Below, piece after piece: positions 9,424 through 18,692 of a stretch of 64,000 nt of DNA. The notes beneath the pieces are model-generated. The model was given only the letters and a program-made list of their open reading frames with translations, did no database searches and had not been told where the DNA came from. Origin of the DNA: Candidatus Rifleibacterium amylolyticum (lineage in GTDB: Bacteria; Muiribacteriota; Ozemobacteria; Ozemobacterales; Ozemobacteraceae); assembly GCA_009917695.1 (NCBI GenBank), contig JAACJG010000011.1, forward strand, positions 28,997-92,996, read 5' to 3'. Positions within the stretch are counted from its first letter, which is position 1, and each line of letters opens with the position of its first letter. The position numbers and the translations under genes were made by a program.

Positions 9424-10204
9424 ATACATGCAGACTTATCAGGTTAAACGGGTTTTGTCACACAATCCTGGCCTCAAAAGCTTCCGTTTTGACCGCGTAA
9501 TAGAAGCTGAACCCGGTCAGTTTGTTCTTGCCTGGCTGCCCGGAGTTGACGAAAAGCCTTTTGCTCTCTCAGGCGTATTCGAGCACGAAATCGAGATCAC
9601 CATCAAGGCGGTCGGACCATTTACCAATCAGTTCATGAACGTGCAGGCCGGCGACTGGGTCGGCCTGCGCGGCCCATTCGGCAACGGTTTTCAGCCGATA
9701 GAGGGTATGGTTCTGGTCGGTGGCGGCATCGGTAATGCGCCGCTGCGTTATCTCGCACAGCGTCTGCGCGAAGAAAGACTCGCTTTTCGCTGGGTCATCG
9801 GGGTTAAGACCGCTGAAGATCTGGCTTTTCGCGACGAACTCGAATCGATGCCTGAATGCATGATTATCAGTGAAGATGGTTCGATCGGCAAAAAGGGCAG
9901 GGCGGTTGACGTTCTCGCCGCCATGCACGATAACGAGCCGATCATTGTGCTCGCCGCATCAGGTCCCGAAGCCATGCTTCTCTCAGTGCACGGTTTCGCC
10001 AACACTTTCTCACCCGATATTCCGGTGCAGCTGTCGTTCGAGCGCTACATGAAATGCGCGGTTGGCCTGTGTGGACAATGCTGTCTCGACGGTACCGGTC
10101 TGCGCATCTGCGTCGAAGGCCCGGTTCTTTCGGGTCACCAGCTGCAGGGAGTTACCGAATGGGGTCGCCCACACCGCGGCCCCTCCGGCCGCCGCCCAAA
10201 ATAA
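9416..10204 (+). CDS. pyrK: dihydroorotate dehydrogenase electron transfer subunit
   Basis: overlaps pyrD by 8 nt; FAD/NAD-binding fold and C-terminal 2Fe-2S cysteines (CAVGLCGQCC). Confidence 0.85.
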   Translation: MSEYMQTYQVKRVLSHNPGLKSFRFDRVIEAEPGQFVLAWLPGVDEKPFALSGVFEHEIEITIKAVGPFTNQFMNVQAGDWVGLRGPFGNGFQPIEGMVLVGGGIGNAPLRYLAQRLREERLAFRWVIGVKTAEDLAFRDELESMPECMIISEDGSIGKKGRAVDVLAAMHDNEPIIVLAASGPEAMLLSVHGFANTFSPDIPVQLSFERYMKCAVGLCGQCCLDGTGLRICVEGPVLSGHQLQGVTEWGRPHRGPSGRRPK

Positions 10205-10415
10205 TTGCGGCAACGCTCAAAATGATTTGATTTTTGCTATTAGAATGGCATAGAGATAGCATTTAGTGTATATTGATTAATCTATGATATTAAAATGGGT
10301 TATCATTTCTTCCAACAGTGAAGATCTGCGTGAATCTGTTGCCCTGAGTCAAGCTTCACGCATAAATTTTATTGCATCATCAATAGTGATTCTCAAATCT
10401 TAACCGGATGGAAAA

Positions 10416-12347
10416 ATGTCACAGAACAAGCCAGCTGAAAAAATGTCTGAACCGGTCGCAATCGTCGGAAAGAGCGCGCTCTTTCCGGTAGCTCTCATGC
10501 CGAAGTCTTTCTGGCCCAATCTGCTCGGCTTGAAAGGTCTGATGGCCGGGCTCGCTACCTCTCAGTGGCCATTCAGCGAGTTTTTTACCGAACAGGATCT
10601 GAAAAATCTCAAGGGATATGTCATGACAAGCGGACTGCTGAGCACTGGCAGCCTGCCAGCCGATGGCTTTGAAATTCCTGCTGAAATACTCAAAATTTCA
10701 ACGGTAATACCGGTGACCAGCCTGTTTTTAGCAAAGCAGGCGCTCGAAGATACGCGCAGCTTTGAAAAAGGCAATATCAAGCCCGAGCGCGTGCGCGTTG
10801 CACTTGAAAAGCGCGTTCAATCAGTTTCAGGTACATCCTCTGACAATACCAGGAATCAAGCCGCTCACCCTGACATTGCTGAACTCTTCGCACGGCACTT
10901 CGGGTTCTCAGTCTCTGTCGTCGAAAATCATGCGCCGCTTCCTGGAGTCATTTCGTGGCTTGGCACAGCTGTGCGAGAATTACAGGCTGACAAAGCCGAT
11001 CTGGTTATTGCCGGCAGCGTTGATTCTGCGCACTCAGTATTATCCTGGGCCGAGGAGTCCTCAGACAGAGACCTCAGTGCTCCACGTCTTCGCGAGGGCC
11101 TCGGTATGGTCGCGCTGCGCCGCCTGTCAGATGCAGAACGCGATGGCGACAAGATCCTCGCTATAATCTCGGGTGTTGACGCTTCTTCTGTCTCATTTGC
11201 ACAAAAGAATTCGCTGAGGCCAGATAAGAATCCGTCGAATTCTGATGGAGATGCATCCATAAAACCCGTAAAAAGTGGAATTGCCGAACAGTATGCCAGA
11301 TTTGCCCGTCTGCCTGCTTCTGAGATAGTTCTCGACGATACCGGCACCTGCCGCAACCTTCCCTTTAACAGTCTGCCGGAAAACGGTTCGAACAATGCCT
11401 CTCTTAGCTGGAAGTTGTTGCGCACTCACTGGATAGAACGGGCAGGCGGCTCACACCGCTTCTTTCACGATCTGCTCGGCGCCATGTTCGGCACCTTCGT
11501 CAGTCGAGTCGTTCTCCAGAATCCGGCGGCCTTTGCTGCCGTCGCGTCTAAGCCGGTGGTTTTTCTTGCCAATCATCAGATCGGCCTCGAATCACCACTT
11601 TTTATGGCTCTCTCATACGGAATGACCGGCCTGCCAATTGAGGCGGTGGCCAAACCAGACCACGTCAATGCCTGGCTTGCTTTTTTGCTGGCTTTTGCCA
11701 AAGATTCACTCGGTGATGATCATCCGTTCCGGCTTATGTATTTCGACCGCCAGAACCCACAGGAACTTATTGATACACTGAAAAAAGCCGGCCAGCCTGA
11801 AGCATCTCTTCTGGTACACGTCGAAGGCACCAGAGCTGCTGCTGCTGACCAGCCGGTGACCCGTCTCAGTTCAATTTTTCTCGATATGGCAATCGACAAG
11901 AACCTGCCGCTGGTGCCGCTGCGCTTTGTCGGGGGACTGCCGGCTGAGCCGTCGAATGAACGTCACGATTTTCCCTATGGTAATGGCAAACAGGACTACC
12001 TGATCGGCACGCCGGTCTTGCCCGAACAGCTGAAAAAGATGCCATACGGCCAGCGCCCGCGCTTTCTCATGGATCTGATAAACAATCTTGGGCCTGCCAA
12101 AGGCGAAGATGTTCTATTACCACCAGACAAAACCTTTGAGGCAAAGACCCGCTTCTTTATCGAAACTTTCGGATTTCCCAAAATGCAGGCAATGCTGTTT
12201 GCAATTCTGCAGATGATCGACGACCCCTGCGAAGAAACTGCCCAGCTCATCAAAGCGGTACAATCCGGGAAGGTAGATACTCGTAACCCCGACATCCCGC
12301 CAGTGTTAAAGAACTTCCTCGGTCACCTCAAAAGCAAGTTCGCCTGA
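10416..12347 (+). CDS. fusion protein: truncated ketosynthase-like domain (no active-site Cys) + PlsC/LPLAT-family acyltransferase domain
   Basis: N-terminus VAIVGKSALFPVA...SFWPNLL and ...LRRLSDAERDGDKILAIISG align to PKS/FabF KS N-terminal half, but the DTACSSS position reads ENHAPLP; C-terminal half has NHQIGLE (HX4D-like) and VHVEGTR (PlsC motif III). Confidence 0.7.
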   Translation: MSQNKPAEKMSEPVAIVGKSALFPVALMPKSFWPNLLGLKGLMAGLATSQWPFSEFFTEQDLKNLKGYVMTSGLLSTGSLPADGFEIPAEILKISTVIPVTSLFLAKQALEDTRSFEKGNIKPERVRVALEKRVQSVSGTSSDNTRNQAAHPDIAELFARHFGFSVSVVENHAPLPGVISWLGTAVRELQADKADLVIAGSVDSAHSVLSWAEESSDRDLSAPRLREGLGMVALRRLSDAERDGDKILAIISGVDASSVSFAQKNSLRPDKNPSNSDGDASIKPVKSGIAEQYARFARLPASEIVLDDTGTCRNLPFNSLPENGSNNASLSWKLLRTHWIERAGGSHRFFHDLLGAMFGTFVSRVVLQNPAAFAAVASKPVVFLANHQIGLESPLFMALSYGMTGLPIEAVAKPDHVNAWLAFLLAFAKDSLGDDHPFRLMYFDRQNPQELIDTLKKAGQPEASLLVHVEGTRAAAADQPVTRLSSIFLDMAIDKNLPLVPLRFVGGLPAEPSNERHDFPYGNGKQDYLIGTPVLPEQLKKMPYGQRPRFLMDLINNLGPAKGEDVLLPPDKTFEAKTRFFIETFGFPKMQAMLFAILQMIDDPCEETAQLIKAVQSGKVDTRNPDIPPVLKNFLGHLKSKFA

Positions 12348-12487
12348 CATCTGTGCGCTCTTTTTGTCGCGCTTAGCGTCGATCCTGTCGCAGCAAAGCA
12401 GCTGAATCAGCTCAAAATCAGCATTTTAATGCTGGCATTCATTTTGCTATACATAGGCCATTCCAGTTTAATTGCGGGAGGCCAGAT

Positions 12488-13813
12488 ATGAATATAGATC
12501 AAATCAATATTTCGCAGGATCAGAATACAGATCCTATTGATGAACAGCCCGCAGAAGCGGTGCAGCAACCGGCGCCAGAGCAAAAACCAGCCCGGCGCAA
12601 TCTTCCCCCGAAGCCGGAGCCAAAAGACATATTTTTCAAATGGTTCCGTAATAACAACCCTTTATACCTTCTCAGTGTTGCCCTGATGCTTGCCGGTCTC
12701 TATCTGGCAGGCTCAGAACTCGAATCCGGCCAGATGAACTCAATATATACCGTTGCCGGATTTTTCGCAGTTCAAAACATCTATGAAATTGTCATGATCG
12801 GCATGGCGCTGTATCTGTTGCGCAATCGCATTCAGTCCGACCATGGTCGTCTTCTGCTGATAATGGTTCTGGTATTTCTCGGCGATCTGACCGGCTATCA
12901 GGTGCATATTTCGGGCAAAGACGCAACCGTCGGCTACATGGCAACAGCCATATACATGTCTCTGGCAGCTCTTAAGCTCTATGTGGTCATGAAAGTTCTT
13001 AATCTCAAACTCCATAGTTCCCGTGCATTCTATATCTTCTCAGCCTTTTCTCTGATCTGGATCGGTCCCAAAATCGCAGATTATATGGTGAACTCAGTAG
13101 GTAAAGCCAGCATCGGTTTTTTTGATGGCTCTTATTCATATTATTCATTATGGCTGGCCGCCGGTCTGATTCACCTGCCGCTGATCATCCAGAACTGGCG
13201 CAAGAACACACTCGAAACCTACGAAGAAAACGAGTATCTCGGCAATGCCACTGCTTTCTGGCGCTGGCTGATAGTGTTCCCATTCGTCGTAATGCCGATC
13301 TACCTTTATTTCTTCGCCATGCGCGATCAGTTCAGATTTATGGAAAGCTCGATCTCGCTTCCTGCCCTGATCGCATCATGGGCAGTCTGTGCCGCTTTCT
13401 TTGCCCAGACCGTGTGGCGCCGCGCCTGCGAAGAGTGGATTGGCCTCAATATCTACGACTCAGTCGTCATGCTGCTTTTCCTGGTTGCCACCATGTCGTT
13501 CGCCTCTTCTTTCTCAGCACCAGTGGTTATTAATCATATTCTGCTCGTCGTCGGTCTGGCCGCGACCTGGCAGACTCGTGACAATAAAGTTAACGGACTC
13601 GCTCTCAGCGGTGTCGTGCTCTGGTATACCGGCGCACAGATAAAAAGTGCCGGAACCGTCGCCGTCGATTATGGCACCAGCCTGTCACGAACTGCCTGGG
13701 CCGCCATTCTCATGGCCGGTTCATTCTTGATGCTTGGCCTCGGTTTCATTGTCAGCCTTATCCGCAACGGTAATGGCAATGGCAAAACCGAATCAAACAA
13801 TACTGAGGCATAA
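12488..13813 (+). CDS. polytopic membrane protein, hypothetical (Pro/Gln-rich cytoplasmic N-terminus)
   Basis: GGGAGG RBS; about 10 predicted hydrophobic helices; followed by terminator. Confidence 0.6.
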   Translation: MNIDQINISQDQNTDPIDEQPAEAVQQPAPEQKPARRNLPPKPEPKDIFFKWFRNNNPLYLLSVALMLAGLYLAGSELESGQMNSIYTVAGFFAVQNIYEIVMIGMALYLLRNRIQSDHGRLLLIMVLVFLGDLTGYQVHISGKDATVGYMATAIYMSLAALKLYVVMKVLNLKLHSSRAFYIFSAFSLIWIGPKIADYMVNSVGKASIGFFDGSYSYYSLWLAAGLIHLPLIIQNWRKNTLETYEENEYLGNATAFWRWLIVFPFVVMPIYLYFFAMRDQFRFMESSISLPALIASWAVCAAFFAQTVWRRACEEWIGLNIYDSVVMLLFLVATMSFASSFSAPVVINHILLVVGLAATWQTRDNKVNGLALSGVVLWYTGAQIKSAGTVAVDYGTSLSRTAWAAILMAGSFLMLGLGFIVSLIRNGNGNGKTESNNTEA

Positions 13814-13836
13814 ATTTTGACCTCTCCGCACTCTGC

Positions 13837-13867
13837 GGTGCCGGTTCCTGCCGGCACCGCATTTTTC
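13837..13867 (+). terminator. rho-independent terminator
   Basis: GGTGCCGG-ttcctg-CCGGCACC then GCATTTTTC. Confidence 0.7.
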
Positions 13868-14008
13868 ATGATCCGCTTATGCGTCCAGAGATGACATAGT
13901 TCTTTATCCGTGACTCCCGTCATGCTATATTTGTTGCAGGACAGCGGATTGCGCCGCAAATCTGCGTTTTTGATTCCTGCCTGAGCAGAAGTTAATGAGA
14001 TTGTAAGT

Positions 14009-14851
14009 ATGAGTATTCGCATTGGAAACCAGACCAGCTGTAATGTGGCAGCTGAAGTGCCTTTCGAGTTTGCTGTAAAAAACCGATTTGACGCATTCGA
14101 ATGGTTCAGCGACCCCGGCTGCGTTGGCTGGAACGAAGACAACATGTCTACAGCCGAGCGCGCCAGAGTGCGCGCCGTTGCGCGCGAGCATGATATTCGC
14201 TTCAGCGTACACGCACCCTGGGCCGCAAATCCGACTACTTCAGAGGGCTATGGCGAAATCAGAAAAAGCATTCTGTTCGCTGAAGAAATTGGTGCGGCAC
14301 TGGTAAACCTTCACCTTTTCCCGCAGCATGCAGCTGATTATTATGTTAATGCGCTGCTGCCTTTGCTTGACATGGCAGAGCGGGCAGGGGTTCTTTTGAG
14401 TCTCGAAAATACCAGACAGACAGCGCCTGAAGACGTGAATGAAGTTTTTGAGCTGTTGCGCCGCTTGCCACAGGCAGCCAGTAGAGCCGGTTTATGCCTT
14501 GATATGGGCCATGCCAATCTTTTTGAAGAAACTCGTGGTGATTACGTTGCCTACGTAGATCGTCTTGCGGCCCATGTTCCAATCATTCACTGGCATGCTC
14601 ACGAAAACTGGGGTGAGCGTGACGATCACCTGCCTCTGTTTACCGGCGCAGCCGCGCAGGATGATTCATCTGTCCGCAACCTGATAAAGCGTCTGCAGGG
14701 CAGGGGCTTCGCCGGTTCGGTAGTGATGGAACAATGGCCCCAACCACCAGAAACACTGATATCTACCCGTAACCGCCTGCTTGAGCTATGGCAGGAATCT
14801 GACCAATACGAGCAAGATAACAGATCGAAAAGGAGAGTTCATGAGCGTTAA
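14009..14851 (+). CDS. sugar phosphate isomerase/epimerase (xylose isomerase-like TIM barrel)
   Basis: AP-endonuclease 2/xylose isomerase-like barrel motifs (HAPW, LENT, GLCLDMGHANL, HWHAHEN). Confidence 0.7.
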   Translation: MSIRIGNQTSCNVAAEVPFEFAVKNRFDAFEWFSDPGCVGWNEDNMSTAERARVRAVAREHDIRFSVHAPWAANPTTSEGYGEIRKSILFAEEIGAALVNLHLFPQHAADYYVNALLPLLDMAERAGVLLSLENTRQTAPEDVNEVFELLRRLPQAASRAGLCLDMGHANLFEETRGDYVAYVDRLAAHVPIIHWHAHENWGERDDHLPLFTGAAAQDDSSVRNLIKRLQGRGFAGSVVMEQWPQPPETLISTRNRLLELWQESDQYEQDNRSKRRVHER

Positions 14852-15893
14852 GGTCTACTATTGTAAAACCTGTGCGGCGCCAATCGCCTTCAATATCAAA
14901 GAGCAGAAATGGAAGTGCGACTATTGTGACAGCGAGTTCGCCAAAGATGAGATCGAAGAGAAGGAAGCCAGCGAAAGCGGCCTTGAGGTCGTCGAAGACC
15001 TCAGCGTCAAGATGCCCGAGCTTGATGAATATCGCTGTAATGCCTGTGGAGCCAGGATTCTGACCGAAGGCAATGCCGCTGCGACATTCTGCATTTACTG
15101 CCGTAATCCATCGGTAATCAAATCGCGTTTTTCAGGTGAATTTCACCCGCGTTATGTAATTCCTTTCAAAGTCACTCAGAAAGAGGCGAAAGAAACATAT
15201 TTCACTTGGATCAAAAAGCGCTTTTTTGCCCCAAATGAGTTCAAAACCGCAAAAGAAGTCGATAATATCCGTGGTCTTTACGCCCCATACTGGCTTTTCG
15301 ATTGCCGGGCGTCAGGTTTTATTCAGGGTGAAGGCCGCAACTCAAAGAGCTGGCGCAGTGGCGACTATCGAGTTACCGAAACCCAGCATTACTTTATTAG
15401 AAGAGTTGGCTCGTCGGCTTACGAGAAAATTCCGGTGGATGGCTCAAAAAGCCTGCCTGACGAACTTATGGAAGGCATCGAACCATTCGATTATATTGGG
15501 CTCAAAGATTTTGCGCTCGAATACATGTCAGGTTATCTGGCAGAAAAATACGATGTCGATGAGAATAAAGCTTCCAGAGTCATGCAACCACGCGCACAGA
15601 AATTTCTGCGAACTACTCTCGAGGGTTCCGGTCAGCACTATCAGTCTGTTACCATCAGTTCCAGCAATATCAACGTGAACAGCATCAAGGCCGCCTATGC
15701 AATGTTGCCAATATATGTGCTGACAAATGTTTACAAGGGCAAAAAGCATACATTCATCATCAACGGTCAGACCGGCAAGACCTATGGCGAAACGCCCTTT
15801 GACAAGCAGAAATTCGTTCTGTTCACACTGGGTCTGTTTTTGACAACCTTTCTGGTAACCGCGACTGGAGGGGCAATCCTTGGAATATATTAA
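14841..15893 (+). CDS. double zinc-ribbon protein with C-terminal TM anchor, hypothetical
   Basis: AAGGAG RBS before ATG 14841 (ORF track starts upstream at 14781); two CxxC...CxxC ribbons (CKTC...CDYC; CNAC...CIYC); C-terminal hydrophobic helix. Confidence 0.65.
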   Translation: MSVKVYYCKTCAAPIAFNIKEQKWKCDYCDSEFAKDEIEEKEASESGLEVVEDLSVKMPELDEYRCNACGARILTEGNAAATFCIYCRNPSVIKSRFSGEFHPRYVIPFKVTQKEAKETYFTWIKKRFFAPNEFKTAKEVDNIRGLYAPYWLFDCRASGFIQGEGRNSKSWRSGDYRVTETQHYFIRRVGSSAYEKIPVDGSKSLPDELMEGIEPFDYIGLKDFALEYMSGYLAEKYDVDENKASRVMQPRAQKFLRTTLEGSGQHYQSVTISSSNINVNSIKAAYAMLPIYVLTNVYKGKKHTFIINGQTGKTYGETPFDKQKFVLFTLGLFLTTFLVTATGGAILGIY

Positions 15894-16623
15894 TCGAACG
15901 CTGGCAAAATTTTTAACATTATTTCTGGTATCTACCCTGTTGTCGCTCACTTCAACAGTTTATGCACAGGAAGCAGTAAAACAGCGGGTTTTTGACGAAG
16001 CAGAACTGCTCAGTGACTCCGAGAAAGATTCGCTGCAGGCCGAGCTCGACAAGATTTCGCGTGAATTCGATGCCGACTTTATTGTGGCAACCAAAAAGAA
16101 GCTCGATGGTGTGTCGATTCAATATTTCGCCAACCAGTTTTTTGAACAGCATGGCAATAAACAGGGATCAGGCGCAATCATCGCCATCTCAATGGCAGAG
16201 CGTGATATAAATTTTACCGCATTTGGCAAGATATACGACCAGCAGAAGCGCCGTCTCGATACAATCCGAGCCAGCGTTGGCAAGTTCATGACGGCAAAAC
16301 GCTACCATGCAGGATTTATGCACTTTGCTGAACAGGTGCGGCCACCCGGCTTTTTTCGTAAAGTCGCAATCATAGCCGGCTACTGGCAACCCTGGGTTTT
16401 TGCTCTGGTTCTTACCGCGATTGTTGTTGGCTTTCTCGCGTACAACCACAAAGGCAGCATTACCGTCGGCAGTTCGACTTACGCGGTTCCAGGCGCTTTC
16501 GAGTTGATATCGAGTGAAGACAGGTATCTACGTACAACCACAACCCGCACCAAGATCTCTTCGAGTAAATCAAGTGGCGGCGGTGGTGGCCGCAGCAGCG
16601 GCGGCAGCAGCGGAAAATTTTGA
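15880..16623 (+). CDS. TPM-domain (YgcG-like) protein with signal peptide, TM and Gly-rich tail
   Basis: TTG start with GGAGGGG RBS, 14-nt overlap with upstream gene; TPM phosphatase-like domain (EKDSLQAELDKISREFDADFIVAT; GAIIAISMAERD); C-terminal SSGGGGGRSSGGSSG. Confidence 0.7.
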   Translation: MEYINRTLAKFLTLFLVSTLLSLTSTVYAQEAVKQRVFDEAELLSDSEKDSLQAELDKISREFDADFIVATKKKLDGVSIQYFANQFFEQHGNKQGSGAIIAISMAERDINFTAFGKIYDQQKRRLDTIRASVGKFMTAKRYHAGFMHFAEQVRPPGFFRKVAIIAGYWQPWVFALVLTAIVVGFLAYNHKGSITVGSSTYAVPGAFELISSEDRYLRTTTTRTKISSSKSSGGGGGRSSGGSSGKF

Positions 16624-16636
16624 CGAATCCTGTCGA

Positions 16637-18145
16637 TTAAATTTCGCGAACTGCTGGAATGTAGATAAAGTAGGCGATGCCGGCTGCCTGCGGTTCGACC
16701 CGCAACAGTCCACCATGCTGCTTGATGATCGCAGCGGCACTGCATATCTCAAGGCCATTCTCAGAAAGTTTGCAGGCAGGATCGTCGGCATTGATGAGGC
16801 GTGGCAGTCGGTGCGGTTCAATCCCGGGACAGGCCACGATAATACTTATTCTAACTGCATCACCGGCGATCTGGGGCGGCATGTCTGCTGCATCCGTCTT
16901 GAGATTTTCGGCTTTGATGTGCATAGAACCGCCTGCCGTAATTATATGCCGGGAATTGGCAAAAATGTTGTCGAGTGCCAGGCTGATCTGGGTTTCGTCA
17001 ATTCGACATTTCCACAGGTCTTCAGGAAGTTCTGTCTCGTGATGTAAGTCGGCACGGCGCAGGAACTTTCTGGCTTCGCAGCAGATGACAGGCCCGACGG
17101 GCATTGATCTCAGTAATGGCTTGCCGCCCTGTGAAATGCTGATCAGCTGAAACGCCGTATTCTTGGCATTGTTGAAAACCTTGAGGGCAGAATCAAGGCG
17201 CTCCATGGCTTTGGCGAGATTTTTGCGCCGGCAGTATTCCTGCGCCAGTTCGATGTTACCCATGATAATACTGAGAATATTACTGAAATCGTGAGCTATC
17301 TCGCTGGCGATTACACCGATCGACCTCAGGCGGTTGCTGGACAGAAGATTGTTGGCCTGTCTTTCTTCGTCTGCGATCTCGCGAAACACCATAACAGTTC
17401 CGTGAATTTCGTTGCGTTCGCTCCTGACCGGCAGCGCGCCGTAAGCAATTTTGTGCTCACAGCCCTGGCGGTCGATAAGATATGCTTCGCCTGAAACCTG
17501 TTCAATCTCACCTCTTAACAGCAGACTGGCCGGGTTTGGCAGCGGATTGTTCGTTTCGGCGTGACGAAGGTGAATAAGCTCACTCAATGATTTTCCGCTG
17601 GCTTTGGCGGCTGCCTGGCAGGTAATCTGTTCAGCGATCGGATTCATGGTAATGACTGAACCATTAGCATCAGTTGTTATTACCGCTTCTTCAAGGCAAC
17701 GCAAAGCAGAGTCGAAACGCTCTCGCTCATTCTGCAAAGATGCTTCTGCTTTTCGGTGACAGCGCCTTATCTCGGCTTCGCGCAGCTCACGCTTAATCAC
17801 CGGAACAAGTCTGACAAGTTCATCTTTTGTCAGGTAATCGGCGGCGCCACGACGCATGATCTCGGCAGCGATTTCATTGCCGACCTTACCGGAGATTCCG
17901 ATAAATGGAATATCGAGTCCGGTTTCCTGGAGGATGCTCAGGGCTTTGTAAGCATCGAAGCCGGGCAGATGGTAATCGGCTATGATTACATCCCATTGTT
18001 TGCGGGAGAGTGCCAGACGAAGATCTTCGGCGCTCTCTACCCGTTCTCCGTGCACTTCGAATTCTGCTTTTTTGAGCAGCCTGAATACCAGAGCGGCATC
18101 GCTTTCGGAGTCTTCTACCTGCAGGCAATGCAATGGAACCGCCAT
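16637..18145 (-). CDS. hybrid sensor: N-terminal receiver + PAS + HisKA + HATPase_c
   Basis: REC motifs (DVIIADYHLPGFDAYKAL), PAS region, H-box IASEIAHDFSN, ATPase G-boxes; AAGGGAAAG RBS. Confidence 0.85.
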   Translation of the reverse strand: MAVPLHCLQVEDSESDAALVFRLLKKAEFEVHGERVESAEDLRLALSRKQWDVIIADYHLPGFDAYKALSILQETGLDIPFIGISGKVGNEIAAEIMRRGAADYLTKDELVRLVPVIKRELREAEIRRCHRKAEASLQNERERFDSALRCLEEAVITTDANGSVITMNPIAEQITCQAAAKASGKSLSELIHLRHAETNNPLPNPASLLLRGEIEQVSGEAYLIDRQGCEHKIAYGALPVRSERNEIHGTVMVFREIADEERQANNLLSSNRLRSIGVIASEIAHDFSNILSIIMGNIELAQEYCRRKNLAKAMERLDSALKVFNNAKNTAFQLISISQGGKPLLRSMPVGPVICCEARKFLRRADLHHETELPEDLWKCRIDETQISLALDNIFANSRHIITAGGSMHIKAENLKTDAADMPPQIAGDAVRISIIVACPGIEPHRLPRLINADDPACKLSENGLEICSAAAIIKQHGGLLRVEPQAAGIAYFIYIPAVREI

Positions 18146-18275
18146 ATGACTTTCCCTTCTGTGACCAAAATGTTCTGTCTATATCCATTTATCGCTTCAT
18201 CGCATTCGTTTTCTATTTTAATATTAACTGACAATGCACCTGATTCGCAATGGCAGGGTGCAAACTTTGTTTAAA

Positions 18276-18692
18276 TCAACTTGCGGTTGGCAATTGATTT
18301 ATTTCAAACCAGTATTTGACAAGGCATTGTAATGTATCGACAAAAACGCTGTAATCAACAGGTTTGCAGACGTAACTATTCGCTCCGAGATCATAGGCCG
18401 CTGAGATGTCACACTTTTCATTTGATGAAGTCAGCATCACAACAGGAATTCTCCATGTCCGTTCATTCTTTCTTATCTGTTTCAGCACTTCCAGACCACC
18501 GACTCTGGGCATTTTAAGATCCAGCAGAATCAGATGTGGCAGTTGACAGTCGCTGGACATAAGGTACTCGATAGCATCCTGTCCATCATCTTTTACGCTT
18601 AGGCTGCAGCCAGCTGCTATTTTATTGAATGCTCTCCGTGTCAGGTCTATGTCGGTCTGGTTATCCTCGATCAGCAATATTCTCTGTGGCAT
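18276..18692 (-). CDS. single-domain response regulator (CheY-like receiver)
   Basis: start at [12 protein letters not shown] with GAGGAG RBS (ORF track extends further upstream in frame); [18 protein letters not shown] receiver motifs; 32-nt overlap with upstream kinase. Confidence 0.8.
   Translation of the reverse strand: MPQRILLIEDNQTDIDLTRRAFNKIAAGCSLSVKDDGQDAIEYLMSSDCQLPHLILLDLKMPRVGGLEVLKQIRKNERTWRIPVVMLTSSNEKCDISAAYDLGANSYVCKPVDYSVFVDTLQCLVKYWFEINQLPTAS

Noticed and set aside
16514-16821. ORFs encoding poly-Ala/Pro-rich peptides overlapping the Gly-rich tail of the TPM gene
   Set aside because: An artefact of the GGC/GCC-rich repeat encoding the Gly-rich tail, read in other frames
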